Positions 11,200 through 21,461 of a stretch of DNA of 64,000 nt are shown here, in pieces. The stretch is from NCBI GenBank assembly GCA_040767085.1, contig JAXGPF010000003.1, positions 64,001 through 128,000 of the forward strand, in the 5' to 3' direction. The translations under genes and the position numbers were made by a program. How positions within the stretch are numbered: position 1 is the first letter of the stretch; each line of letters opens with the position of its first letter. The notes under the pieces were generated by a model that saw nothing but the letters and a program-made list of their open reading frames with translations, was not told the DNA's origin and made no database searches. The DNA is from Kiritimatiellia bacterium (GTDB lineage: Bacteria; Verrucomicrobiota; Kiritimatiellia; JAAZAB01).

Positions 11200-14100
11200 T
11201 TATTCCTCAAATCCCGTGGCGGCGTATCCCTTCTCCAGTTGCATGCCATCAACCCATATTTGAGCCGTTTCGTCTTTTGCTTGATTTACCGGCCAGAGCC
11301 GCAGTTCGAACAACAGCGGCGCGGTGCGGATCGCAATCGTGACGGGCATTGCATAACGTTTCCAATCCGCCGTCAGTTCGAATGTTTGCGCCCCGAGGTT
11401 TTCCATCCGCAGCCACACGCGCTCGCCGCCCCGCCCGCCTTTCGCCCAGAACGACCAGACATATGGCGCAACCTGATCGTGCTGCGGCCCGCAATACCAT
11501 TGCATCGAAGCATATGCGGTATGGCGAGGTTTTGTCAACTGAACGCACTTCGCGCCAAACCGGGCAATCCCGGCATCTGCGATCAGCGCCATATCTTGTT
11601 CCGAAGGGCCAAAATGGTTGGCGGCAAAATAATAATCCGGCAATCCCGGGATGGCTTCCTCCTCAAAACTTGGATTGGGGAACACGTTTTTCCGGCCGGC
11701 CCGCGCGCAGTTTGGCCACGCGGTCTCCTGCGGCGGGATGACCGCCGGCCGCAAAGACGAAACCGTCAACTGTGCCAACGCCGGCAAGGGCCCTTGCAGG
11801 CGATAGGCCCGCACGGCAAAAGGCTCCAGTTCTTCCGCGAAGCCCCCGTCCTGCACCGGCAAGGCAACGTCATCGAAGAGGCTTTGGATCTCGCGGCCGG
11901 CCATGCCCGCCATGCTGAAGGTGGCATGGACAGGATAATAACGGCTGTTGGCGGCCAGCAGCACCGCTTTGCCGTCCGCCGGATCGCAAACCAGGCGGAC
12001 TTGCACATCGGGGAATTCTTCGCGTTCCGGCATAAACGCTGCTTCGCGCCATTGCGCCTCCGGCGCGGAGGCCTGCACGTATTTGATTTCCTGCGGCGGC
12101 AGGGCTTGCGCCGCCAGCGGGGCAATCACCTTGATTTTGTCCAGCGAAGCTTTCAAGATTTTCCGGAATTGCGGATTCATGCCGCTGTAGCTGAACCAGA
12201 ACAACCCTTTGGCGCCATGGATGATTGCCAGAAAATTCTGGCAATTTTGCTCCGGCTCCGTCAGGGCGCGCTTACGGAAGCCGCTCCACCTGGTGCCCAC
12301 GGGAACAACCCAGACCACCCGGCGATATTCCGCCGCGCGCAGGTCGTTCCAATGCACGATCTTGGAAACAAAATTCGGGGTATCGCGTCCGGCCGGCCCG
12401 GCGGGAATCCAGTACGGATCCGTGCAGAGAATATCGCCGCAGGTCACGTATTCCGACCCGGCCGGGATATGGCTGGAATACAACACCTTGACCGGATGAT
12501 ACCCGTCCGTCCGGTGCGTCAGCCGGTAGATCGCATCCAGCGACTGGGTCATGTCAAACCGCCGGCTGTCAAAGGGCTCGTCAAAAGTGGAATACGCCAG
12601 CAGGTTCTCCGCGTCCTTTACGCTTTGCACTGCCTGCTCTGTCAGAGGCAGGTTCCGATTCACGTATTCCCGGAACAAATCCGTCTTGACCGGCGCGGGA
12701 TGCCGGCTGGCGGCGCCGCGCATCAAAAATCCGCGCATCCCCAGAGATCCGCCGCGGCTTACCTTGTGTAATTCTTCCAGTTCCGGCTCATTCAACACCT
12801 TCGCCGGCAGGGCCATCCCCGACTCTTTCGGCGGCAACCAGCCGGTTTCCAGCAATGACACCACCTGCAACCCGTACTGCCGGGCCCGCTCCAGGTATTT
12901 TACCGCATCCGCCGCCGGCAAATCCTTGTGCCATTGGAAAAATGCGTTGTACCCGGCGTCCGCAATGTCTTTGAACGCCGCCTCGTCGTCCGGCCGAATG
13001 CCCGCCATGATGATCCCGATCGGGAAAAACGGCCGGCCATCCTTCAGCACCACCCGGTTGACCTGGTCAATCTTCACTTCGCGCCCCGGCTTCGGCGCGC
13101 GCTTGATCAACTCCGCCGCCACCGCCGCAAAGGGCGCGCCGTCGTTGCGCTGCAGCGCAATCCTAACCGGATAGCTCCCGACGGCTAATCCGCCGATCTC
13201 AAAGGCCACTGCCGTCTCCCGCGCCGCGGGCGCGGCCGCCAGCGTTTTTCCGTCTAACTCCACCGCCACCGTCAAATCTTTTAATGCGGACTCCGGCATC
13301 CCGATTTCCGCCGCCGCAACGGCCTGCCCTTCCGTCGTGTAATAATTCCGGTCCAGCCACCCTTGCATCACCTTCAAGACCGCCGGCTTCTCCTCCACCA
13401 CCCGCTGCCATATTTCCCCGGTGGCGGCATCCCGTACTTCTACCGTGATCGAGCGTTCCGCCGGCGCCGACACCGGCACGGACACCGTCAATGCCACCGG
13501 GCGCGTCCCCTGCAAATCTACCCGCTCCCGCACCGCCGTTTCCGCACCCGATACCGGCCGGTCAATCACCACCGCCTCTACCGCTCCCGTCGCCGAGTTT
13601 CCGCCCTTTAACTCCAGTTCCACCCGGTAATAATTCGTCCCGTCTTCCGTATAATACGGCCGGACTTCCACGCTCTCCAACGACGCCATAAACGGCATCC
13701 GCAACCTGCCCGTCGCCAATGGCGCCAGCGCCCCAAAAGCCGCCGGCTCGTGGAACGACCGCGTCACGGGACGCCACAGACTGTGTTCCATCTCCTCGTG
13801 CGTGATCACATTGCTCGCATCCACATACGGCTGCCGCCGGTTGCGCGCTATATTCATCCGTATATGCTCCAGGTCGCCGTATTCCATGAAGATATACAGC
13901 GGCAATGCCGCTTCCGCCGTCCACCCCGCCTCCGTCACCGTCACCGTCGAGCGCCAGGGCAGGTTCCAGGTCTGGCGCTCGCGGCTGCCTTTGATGATCC
14001 GCTGCTCGGCCTTGACGTTAAAGCAACTCAACATGAAGTGGTAGTACACCGCGCCTTCGCCATCGGACGAGAAAAACAGTTCCACGGACTCGTCTTCCGA

Positions 14101-14424
14101 GACCGGCCCGTCATGCTCGCGCGTCTTCGGGTCCAGGACGTGTTTCTGCAGCGGATTATCGCATTTGATTCCCAGGTACAGCCAGGCATCGTCATACGCC
14201 AGCCGGACTTCCGTGTCATCCGCGCGCCGGCCGCCAGCATCCTTGTAAAGATGGAAATCGCCCAGCGGCTGCGCCGATTTCCAGCAGGCCTCGTCCAGCC
14301 GGCCGTCCCAGACCGGCGGCGCTTCCAGTTTCAAGGCCTCTGCCGCCGGCGGCGGTTCGCCGGCATACGCGTATCCCCACAACAACATCAAAACCGCATG
14401 TAAGGCTGTCCGGTAATTTAACAT
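11200..14424 (-). CDS. Secreted ~1070-aa protein: CBM9-like domain, putative TIM-barrel GH domain, C-terminal CBM-like domain (paralog P1)
   Basis: DGRLDE.CW...AYDDAWLY...DESVELF (CBM9/DOMON-like); DGRPFFPIG, YSTFDEP, TDPYW, AIIHGAKGL; NPSFEE...DGMQLEKG. Confidence 0.8.
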   Translation of the reverse strand: MLNYRTALHAVLMLLWGYAYAGEPPPAAEALKLEAPPVWDGRLDEACWKSAQPLGDFHLYKDAGGRRADDTEVRLAYDDAWLYLGIKCDNPLQKHVLDPKTREHDGPVSEDESVELFFSSDGEGAVYYHFMLSCFNVKAEQRIIKGSRERQTWNLPWRSTVTVTEAGWTAEAALPLYIFMEYGDLEHIRMNIARNRRQPYVDASNVITHEEMEHSLWRPVTRSFHEPAAFGALAPLATGRLRMPFMASLESVEVRPYYTEDGTNYYRVELELKGGNSATGAVEAVVIDRPVSGAETAVRERVDLQGTRPVALTVSVPVSAPAERSITVEVRDAATGEIWQRVVEEKPAVLKVMQGWLDRNYYTTEGQAVAAAEIGMPESALKDLTVAVELDGKTLAAAPAARETAVAFEIGGLAVGSYPVRIALQRNDGAPFAAVAAELIKRAPKPGREVKIDQVNRVVLKDGRPFFPIGIIMAGIRPDDEAAFKDIADAGYNAFFQWHKDLPAADAVKYLERARQYGLQVVSLLETGWLPPKESGMALPAKVLNEPELEELHKVSRGGSLGMRGFLMRGAASRHPAPVKTDLFREYVNRNLPLTEQAVQSVKDAENLLAYSTFDEPFDSRRFDMTQSLDAIYRLTHRTDGYHPVKVLYSSHIPAGSEYVTCGDILCTDPYWIPAGPAGRDTPNFVSKIVHWNDLRAAEYRRVVWVVPVGTRWSGFRKRALTEPEQNCQNFLAIIHGAKGLFWFSYSGMNPQFRKILKASLDKIKVIAPLAAQALPPQEIKYVQASAPEAQWREAAFMPEREEFPDVQVRLVCDPADGKAVLLAANSRYYPVHATFSMAGMAGREIQSLFDDVALPVQDGGFAEELEPFAVRAYRLQGPLPALAQLTVSSLRPAVIPPQETAWPNCARAGRKNVFPNPSFEEEAIPGLPDYYFAANHFGPSEQDMALIADAGIARFGAKCVQLTKPRHTAYASMQWYCGPQHDQVAPYVWSFWAKGGRGGERVWLRMENLGAQTFELTADWKRYAMPVTIAIRTAPLLFELRLWPVNQAKDETAQIWVDGMQLEKGYAATGFEE

Positions 14425-14620
14425 AATTTCTTTCTGCCTGGCCGGTGATATAGTTTCACCCAAGATATTGACATGATACCCTTTTATATCCAGTTGGTAA
14501 ATTGATTAAACATCTTAATTTTGGACGAATTCTCACACGCCTTTGCCTCCGGCAAACACATGTCACCTGCCAGATACCGCCATATCAACCGGTTCGGACA
14601 TGCCTGACAACCGGCAACCA

Positions 14621-15739
14621 TCAGCAGGTCAATTTTATCCAGCGTATGACGGATACATTGTCCTCGTAGCACCAAAACGCGACCAAAACCGCCCCATCCG
14701 CCAGCCGCGTCAGGCAGGGCGCGCCGAATCTCAGCACGCTGAAATTATGCGACATGTTGGCCGTTATCGCCGTCTTCCCACCGCCGGCATCACCCCATAA
14801 CGGCGATTCCGCTTCGTTTTCCCACCGGCCCCGGCGCAGCGCCGAGAGGTTCGCCCACAGGCCGGGCCGGTCCATCCGGCGATAGACGCTCAGGATGCGG
14901 CCATCGTCCAAAACCAGCGGGGTCAGCGTCTGGCCCTGCAAGCCGGTGGAAGCGGGGGCGGACCAGTTTTGGCCGCCGTCTTCGCTCAAGGCATAATGAT
15001 TCGGACGGTCGGACTTGGCCTGGTCGTCATACACCCAGGCTGTCGCCAGCAACCGCCCTTCCGGCAACTCCGCGATTTTGGATTCCCAGAAATACACCCG
15101 CCCAGCCGGATCAGACATCACCTTCCAATATTCCGGCCAGGTTCGCCCCTGGTCGCGCGACACGAGCGCGATCATTTGCAGCCCATTGGGGCAATGGCCA
15201 TCCCAATCCGGCCAGGTATGTGTGGGAATCAGCCAGCGGCCATCGCGCAGCACCGTGATGGGCGAACACATTTCGAAAGACGGGCCAACCAGCGGCGGGT
15301 TGATGATTTGCGGGACAGTCCAGGTTTTCCCGGCGTCCGCCGAACGCAAAAGCCACAACCCGGTTGGAACAAATCCCAGGGTCGCGGGATTGGTCAAGCC
15401 GGCATCGGGATGATCGGTCCGGTCATGCCGGACCATGTAGGCCGCCAGACCGCCATCCGGCAGAGCCGTCAACCGCGCGCATTCCGATGTCACCCGGCCG
15501 CTGGTTCCGGCATGCAACATACCCTCCGCCTGCCAGGTCGCGCCCTGGTCCCGCGACCGGAAAAGGTTCGTGCGCAGGTTGACCGCTTCAAACGCCTCGC
15601 CCAGCACCGCCGCGGCCAGCATCTGCCCGTCCGGCAACGCGGCGATGGACGGGAAATAGGCATGCACACTGCGCACATGCGGCTGGGGATTGCGGTAAAG
15701 CCATCCGGTTGCCAGTTTATTTATCCGGTTGGCCCGCAT
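14621..15739 (-). CDS. BNR/Asp-box sialidase-family protein (GH33-like)
   Basis: Four Asp boxes: SRDQGATW, SADAGKTW, SRDQGRTW, SEDGGQNW. Confidence 0.85.
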   Translation of the reverse strand: MRANRINKLATGWLYRNPQPHVRSVHAYFPSIAALPDGQMLAAAVLGEAFEAVNLRTNLFRSRDQGATWQAEGMLHAGTSGRVTSECARLTALPDGGLAAYMVRHDRTDHPDAGLTNPATLGFVPTGLWLLRSADAGKTWTVPQIINPPLVGPSFEMCSPITVLRDGRWLIPTHTWPDWDGHCPNGLQMIALVSRDQGRTWPEYWKVMSDPAGRVYFWESKIAELPEGRLLATAWVYDDQAKSDRPNHYALSEDGGQNWSAPASTGLQGQTLTPLVLDDGRILSVYRRMDRPGLWANLSALRRGRWENEAESPLWGDAGGGKTAITANMSHNFSVLRFGAPCLTRLADGAVLVAFWCYEDNVSVIRWIKLTC

Positions 15740-16476
15740 CAGTTCCCTCCCATCAATCGCTGTGCATTGCCCCAAAACACTTTTTTCCGGTCGCGCCGCG
15801 CCGGCATAACGGCGCGCACGCGCGCAATGAACGCGCGCGGTTCGTAGCCGTCAAAATCCGTGCCGAAGAGCACCCGGTCAACCCCCATGGTTTTGACCGC
15901 CCGTTCCAGCGCGCCTAGAAACAATCCGCCATGCAGGCCGGCGATATCCAGCCAGAGATTGGGCCGGCCGGCCATGATATCCAGCGCGGGCTGGTCGGGA
16001 ATATGAGCCGCTACAATCCGGCAGCCCGGCAGCTGCCGGGCCAACTCCAGGATGTCGGGGTGATAATGCAGGTGCAATACCTGGCCATACTCCGCGCATT
16101 TTTCCGCCAGCCGCAAAAAGGCCGCGTCGGAATATGGGCGCTCCATGCTGCGCCGCGGTACCAGCTCGCCCACCCATTTCAGGCCTTGCCGGTGAAATTT
16201 TTCCAACCAGGCCGCCGAAATCCCGGCAAAATCCGGATGGATGACGGCGCCCGGATAAAGCAATCCGGGATGCCGGGCCGCCAGGCGCAAGGCCGCGCGA
16301 TTGGCCTGGTCAAGATCCTCGGCCGACTTGGCGAACACGCCTTGCCAGGTATTGAAAATCGCCCGGCCAACGCCGGCGTTGCGCAAATAGGCCAAGGCCG
16401 CGCCGGCCGTCCGGAAAAACGACTGGTGGCCCGGCCAGCCGGGACTGGGCAGGTGGACATGGACATCAAAGATCAT
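15739..16476 (-). CDS. Amidohydrolase_2-family protein
   Basis: MIFDVHVH, VGEL, AAHI, RVLFGTDF; start overlaps the upstream stop (ATGA). Confidence 0.85.
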   Translation of the reverse strand: MIFDVHVHLPSPGWPGHQSFFRTAGAALAYLRNAGVGRAIFNTWQGVFAKSAEDLDQANRAALRLAARHPGLLYPGAVIHPDFAGISAAWLEKFHRQGLKWVGELVPRRSMERPYSDAAFLRLAEKCAEYGQVLHLHYHPDILELARQLPGCRIVAAHIPDQPALDIMAGRPNLWLDIAGLHGGLFLGALERAVKTMGVDRVLFGTDFDGYEPRAFIARVRAVMPARRDRKKVFWGNAQRLMGGN

Positions 16477-17744
16477 GTGTTGGCCCAATATCCATCGCGG
16501 CGCCCTTGCCAATAAGCCCAAAGCCAGTTGGCCACGGCATCGCCGCTGAAAAAACGCGTCTTGTAACGCAGTTCCGGCGACCAGCGTTCGGGATCGTTCA
16601 TGTAGGTGAAATCGGGGATATCCTGCGCGGCCAGCGCCTTTTTGGCAATGGCAATCGCGGATTGCGGATCGTCCAGATGTCTGGCAGCCTGGACGCCCGC
16701 CCGGGCGATCATGCTGCCCCAGCCGGACGATGCGCCGGTAATCCTGGGGCCGGCGCCCCAGCGCGCAACCGGCCGCCGCGCCGCGCCGGTATCCATATCC
16801 ACCAGCACCTCGATGTAATACGTTCCATCCTCCCCGATGGACAGGCGCCCTTCCTCCCACATCGTCCGCACTGATTCGCGCCAGCAGCCGGCCCAGCTAT
16901 TCTGCGGATCATGGCGCAGCAGGTAATCCAACTCCATGATATCCATGGTGGCCGCGTCGGCCAGGTGGGCAATCAGCCAGGCATGCTGTTCCCGCTCGTA
17001 ATCCGAGGTTTTGGCGGCGCCGCTGCGCTTGCGCAATAACCGCGATTCACCGGGTTGGCGGTTGACGCCTTCCGCCAGCAGACGCCGATACTCATCCTGG
17101 AATTTTGCATCGCCGGAATGTTTATACGCCAGGAGCAGGAGACTGGGGAATCGCGCCAGCGGCCAGAGCATGTCCGGATTATGGTAATAAAGATAGCGGT
17201 ATTTGCGCTTCACCCAGAAATCTATCATGCAGGAAATCATGCGCGCGATTTCAGCGCGCTCCGCCGCCGCGGCATGCGGCGCAAATGCGTCCAGCGCCAT
17301 CACCGCGTAAAGCACCTGGTCGGTGCTGGTCTGGTTGGAGAACCGGCCTCCGTAAATCTTCGGGAAAAACCCCTCCTCCAATTCCTCGCCCATTTCATAA
17401 ATATGGCGCAAGGCATGGAAACTGCGGCGCGCGCGCGCCAGGGCCGCAGCATCGCCGGTGACTGCATGCCGGCAGACCAGCGCCTGCAAATAGGCGCCGG
17501 TGGTCATCCCGCAATTTTCGTAATGCCAGAAATCCGCCGGCGCAACCCCGGGAACATATTTGTGCATATCCACCGCCGCATCAAAAGAGGACGCCGTCAA
17601 TGGCCTGGCCGTCTGCCTGTCGAGCGCGGTATAAACCACTCCGTGCGGATCAATGAAATGATCTTCCACCCAGTCCTCAACCGCCCGGGCGCGGCCGGCC
17701 AGCATGGCGTCGAGCTCGCTGTCATTTAACGTTTTTGCTGTCAT
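16473..17744 (-). CDS. Hypothetical protein, paralog of 5489-6739
   Basis: Same conserved motifs as 5489-6739. Confidence 0.8.
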   Translation of the reverse strand: MTAKTLNDSELDAMLAGRARAVEDWVEDHFIDPHGVVYTALDRQTARPLTASSFDAAVDMHKYVPGVAPADFWHYENCGMTTGAYLQALVCRHAVTGDAAALARARRSFHALRHIYEMGEELEEGFFPKIYGGRFSNQTSTDQVLYAVMALDAFAPHAAAAERAEIARMISCMIDFWVKRKYRYLYYHNPDMLWPLARFPSLLLLAYKHSGDAKFQDEYRRLLAEGVNRQPGESRLLRKRSGAAKTSDYEREQHAWLIAHLADAATMDIMELDYLLRHDPQNSWAGCWRESVRTMWEEGRLSIGEDGTYYIEVLVDMDTGAARRPVARWGAGPRITGASSGWGSMIARAGVQAARHLDDPQSAIAIAKKALAAQDIPDFTYMNDPERWSPELRYKTRFFSGDAVANWLWAYWQGRRDGYWANT

Positions 17745-17773
17745 ATTAACATCTTCGTATATCCGAGCCGGTT

Positions 17774-19819
17774 TTATTCCGCCGCCGCCGGCCAGGCCGC
17801 CAGCGATTTTTTAACCTGGTCCCGCACTGCCCCGGTCCAGGCGTCATGGCGTTCCGCGCACCGTTGCGGGCCGTGTTGATAATCCGTTGCGGCAATTTTC
17901 AAAATATCCCGATAGGCGCGATCCAGCGCCGCCGCCGCATCGTCGAACGATTGCGCGGCGGCCTGCAGTTGCCGGACACGCTCCGGCCGCGGCAAACCAT
18001 CCGCCATGCAAAGCCGGTGCAAGACTTGGAATTGAGCCAATGCCTGCAGGAATTTCTGAGCGTAAATGGTTTCCAGGCGGGCGCAGGCATCGCCGGATTG
18101 TTCGGCCAACGGCAAGGCCAGGGCGCAGACATCCAGCAGCCGCTGAATCTCCTCCGGCGCCGCCAGGCCGGCGGGCCAGGCCGCCGGAGCGTCTGCGCCG
18201 CATATTTTCGCCGCCGCCTGCACCCAGCCGCTTCCGGCGGTGTATGTTGCTTCCCGCAGGAAAGCTGTCGCCGGTTCCATCACTTGGAACCACTCCGCGA
18301 ATTGCGGCGGGGAAGCCACCTGGTTGCCAACGGCCCAGGCTTCGGCAAACTCCCGCGGACTGCGCCCCCCGGCATTCCAGGTCCATTCCGCCAGCGCCGC
18401 ATACTGGAAATTACCGAATTCCCGCTCCCACTCGCCGGATTTTTCCGGCGCGGCCACGGTCGGCCCGCGGCTCAGGCAATACAAGGCGCTGTAATTCGCG
18501 CCCAGGTATTTGTCCACGCTTTTTTTGATAGCGTCAATTTCGTATCGCAGCGTCCAGTATCCCGGGCCGACGCGCGGTCCGTCATAAGTCGCCAGCCAAT
18601 GCCCATCGGCGGCATATTTATCAAAAGCCGCGTTGGCGGTATAAACTTTTTCCGCCTTGATTTCCGGCGGCAGCATGGCCAGGCATTCCTTGCTGACCTG
18701 CACGCCTTCCTCTCCGCCGGAAAGGGTAAAAAATACGCGCCCCTGCAAATCAGGATATTTTTCCCGCGCGGCCAGGATCGCCGCCACGCTGGCCTGGGTT
18801 TCCTTCTGAAACTGGCGGGGGCCGTCCTTCATACATTCCGCGCACTCGCACTGGCAGGGCGCGCGCTCTGAAAGCCACAGGCTGACTTCCCGGGCGCCCT
18901 GCGCGGCGGCGCTTTCGATCCACTCCTTTGCAATGCGCTGCAGCAGCGGCGTCGCCATGCAGGGACAACGCGCTCGGGCGAAACTCCCACCCCACTTGTA
19001 ACATGGATTGCGCGCGCCATCGCCCTTGCCGGTCAATTCGGGATATAATTCATCCGCGCCGTACCGGAAAAGATAATCATAATGCGGCATGTGCGGCATC
19101 AGCAGGAAGGCGCGGCCGGCAGCCTCCCGGATCAAATCCATCGGCAGCGGCGGGCATTCCGCCGGGGCATCCTGCTTCAGGATCAGCCCCGTCGGCACAT
19201 GCGAAAAATTGAGTTTCAGCGACGCCATCCAGGGGATAAACCCCGGCGTTTTGATACTGGTGTTCCAGACGCCGCGCTGATCCATGTCCGGCCAATCGTA
19301 AATCTCCGCCAGCGGGATTTCCACGGCCGCGGAAGTCAACCGCGCGGTCAGCAGCCGGGTCAGCGTCTGGATTCCATAAAACACGCCCGGATTCGCCAGC
19401 CCGGCCACCGCCAGCGAATTGCTGCCAATCGGCCGGATCAGGTAAGCCTGCGCGGGATACCGCGCCTCCTTCAGTCGGTCGGCACCTGCCACAACTTGGC
19501 CGTTCAACCGTCCTTGTTCATCCAGCAGGCCGATCTGGATCACGAACTCCGTCCCGGTAGGCGCCTGCCCGCTCCGGGCCTGCCAGGCCGCGCGCAATTC
19601 GTTGACCGACTGCACGACCATGGCGGAGGCGTCCGGCGCCGCGGCCAGGCCGAGCTGGCCCGGCGCCAGGCGCACCGTCCCGGTAACAGCCATTTCCTGC
19701 GGCAGAGGAATGAGATAATCCGACCAGGCCCGGGTTTCCGAAGGTTCTGCCGCTGCCATGGCGGCGGCCGCCAGCAACATCAGGCCGGCAACAAATCCGG
19801 CATTATTACGCTCGTGCAT
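17774..19819 (-). CDS. Secreted protein with GH20 zincin-like N-terminal domain
   Basis: LIPLPQE, QAYLI, GVFYGIQTL, IYDWPDMDQRG; CxCxxC motif. Confidence 0.8.
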   Translation of the reverse strand: MHERNNAGFVAGLMLLAAAAMAAAEPSETRAWSDYLIPLPQEMAVTGTVRLAPGQLGLAAAPDASAMVVQSVNELRAAWQARSGQAPTGTEFVIQIGLLDEQGRLNGQVVAGADRLKEARYPAQAYLIRPIGSNSLAVAGLANPGVFYGIQTLTRLLTARLTSAAVEIPLAEIYDWPDMDQRGVWNTSIKTPGFIPWMASLKLNFSHVPTGLILKQDAPAECPPLPMDLIREAAGRAFLLMPHMPHYDYLFRYGADELYPELTGKGDGARNPCYKWGGSFARARCPCMATPLLQRIAKEWIESAAAQGAREVSLWLSERAPCQCECAECMKDGPRQFQKETQASVAAILAAREKYPDLQGRVFFTLSGGEEGVQVSKECLAMLPPEIKAEKVYTANAAFDKYAADGHWLATYDGPRVGPGYWTLRYEIDAIKKSVDKYLGANYSALYCLSRGPTVAAPEKSGEWEREFGNFQYAALAEWTWNAGGRSPREFAEAWAVGNQVASPPQFAEWFQVMEPATAFLREATYTAGSGWVQAAAKICGADAPAAWPAGLAAPEEIQRLLDVCALALPLAEQSGDACARLETIYAQKFLQALAQFQVLHRLCMADGLPRPERVRQLQAAAQSFDDAAAALDRAYRDILKIAATDYQHGPQRCAERHDAWTGAVRDQVKKSLAAWPAAAE

Positions 19820-19849
19820 GGATGATCTTCCTTCGCGTTTGGATTCTCA

Positions 19850-21175
19850 TTATGGCAATTGAATAATGGTTGCCGCGGCAGCCTGCGCTGGCCGGAATTT
19901 TTCCAAGCGCGCCGTTTTGCCGCCGGCGGTGGCTGTCAAGGTGTAAGAATATTGGGATACGGCCGGGGTCTCGGATTCCGCCGACGCGGTCCGGATATAA
20001 TCGGTCAACAGGAGGACCCGGGGCATCCCGGGCGCGGGCGTCCGGCCCTGCGCATCGGTTTTCACCTTGCGTAACGGCGGCAGTCCGTCGCCTTCCTGCT
20101 CGGCCCGGCAGACCACTTCCGCGTTCGCTACCGGCCGGCCGGCGGCATCCTGCACCGCCACCACCGCTTGCCGGCGCACAATTACCTTGGGGAACTGCAC
20201 CTTTCCCGCCCGGTTGGTCCATGTCCGCTGCAAATCGCCCAGCCGCGGCTCATCCCATTCGCAATCCACCAGCACCACGCCTTGATCGGTATAAGTCAAC
20301 GACCAGTTGCGATCGTTGCCCTGGAAGACGCAGCCGGTCAACTCGGCATTCACGCCGCCGCGGTCCAGAACGGCTGTTCCGCAATTGATGAACTTGCAGC
20401 CGTAGAGTTTATGCACGCCGTCGGCCAGCGGAAATTCCACCCGTTCAAACACAGTGTCCCGGATGCTGTAATCTTTCAATTCCGGGGTCCGAACGGCCAT
20501 CCCCATGCCGTAAAGCATGCCCTTGACTCCCGCAATGCGGGCATTCTCCAGGACGGTTGAACCCATGTAAACACCGCGCACGTTGTCGCCGATCTCGCAT
20601 CCGGGCGCGGAGTCAACCGGCTCGATCCGGCTGTTGTAGGCGTATAATCCGCCGCCCCACTGGAGCAGGCCGGCATCCAGCCAGGGCAGTTTGCCGACAA
20701 ACAAGGTCCGGCGGTCGGCCGGCGTGCAGGCGAATTGCAGCGTGGCGCTTATAGATTTATTAGTTCGGTCGCCCAGGACCAGGGCGTTCATCCGCTTCGG
20801 CGCTTTCCAGTAAACATCGCCGTTTTCGCCCTGGATGAAATAGGGATGAACATAGAGATTGCCGCGCATGACCAGCCTTTCGCGCGGCCGGTCCGGCGAT
20901 CCGACCTGGAACACTGTTTCCGAGCCATCGTTGGCGCCGATGATCAGACCGCCCGTCAACGTGCAGGTCTGGGCGGCGGCATCGTAATCCACGCGGCCCC
21001 AGCCGCAGGCGCGATCCATTGCTGCCAGGCGCGCCGGCGTACACGGCAGGGATGCCGGATAGTCCACGACCACCATGGCATCGCGCGCAGCATCAATGTA
21101 AATTCCCGCACGCGCCGGCAGCACGGCCACGATTGCAATCGCAATCAACAGCAGGGTTTGGATTAATGCAGCCAA
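19850..21175 (-). CDS. Secreted hypothetical protein with beta-helix-like middle and Ig/carboxypeptidase-regulatory-like C-terminus
   Basis: Signal peptide; VQDAAGRPVANAEV...TDAQGRT; start overlaps the end of the upstream beta-helix gene. Confidence 0.7.
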   Translation of the reverse strand: MAALIQTLLLIAIAIVAVLPARAGIYIDAARDAMVVVDYPASLPCTPARLAAMDRACGWGRVDYDAAAQTCTLTGGLIIGANDGSETVFQVGSPDRPRERLVMRGNLYVHPYFIQGENGDVYWKAPKRMNALVLGDRTNKSISATLQFACTPADRRTLFVGKLPWLDAGLLQWGGGLYAYNSRIEPVDSAPGCEIGDNVRGVYMGSTVLENARIAGVKGMLYGMGMAVRTPELKDYSIRDTVFERVEFPLADGVHKLYGCKFINCGTAVLDRGGVNAELTGCVFQGNDRNWSLTYTDQGVVLVDCEWDEPRLGDLQRTWTNRAGKVQFPKVIVRRQAVVAVQDAAGRPVANAEVVCRAEQEGDGLPPLRKVKTDAQGRTPAPGMPRVLLLTDYIRTASAESETPAVSQYSYTLTATAGGKTARLEKFRPAQAAAATIIQLP

Positions 21176-21461
21176 AACATCATCCCCCTTGGCACGTATT
21201 CATAACAACCGATGTCCGCCTGCCGCGAAAACCGGTCCAGCCGCTGGCGGCCTTCCGCATCCGCGGCGCCCGGTTCAGACATCCAGGGCAGGTTGGTCCC
21301 CGCATTGATACAGGGCGAGCCGTCGGCCAGTCGGAAATTCCCGCCCGGCCAGTCCGCAAACCCGGGGTCGTCAGTACGATTCCCCTGCTCCGTGGTAATT
21401 CGATCCGTGAACGGCACGGCACAGTGATAAAAATCGTTCGACGCCAACCATGTATAATTAT

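Noticed and set aside
11140-12771. 543-aa plus-strand ORF, and similar ones such as 55599-57341 and 45733-46926
   Set aside because: Antisense to well-supported genes; expected from high-GC codon bias.
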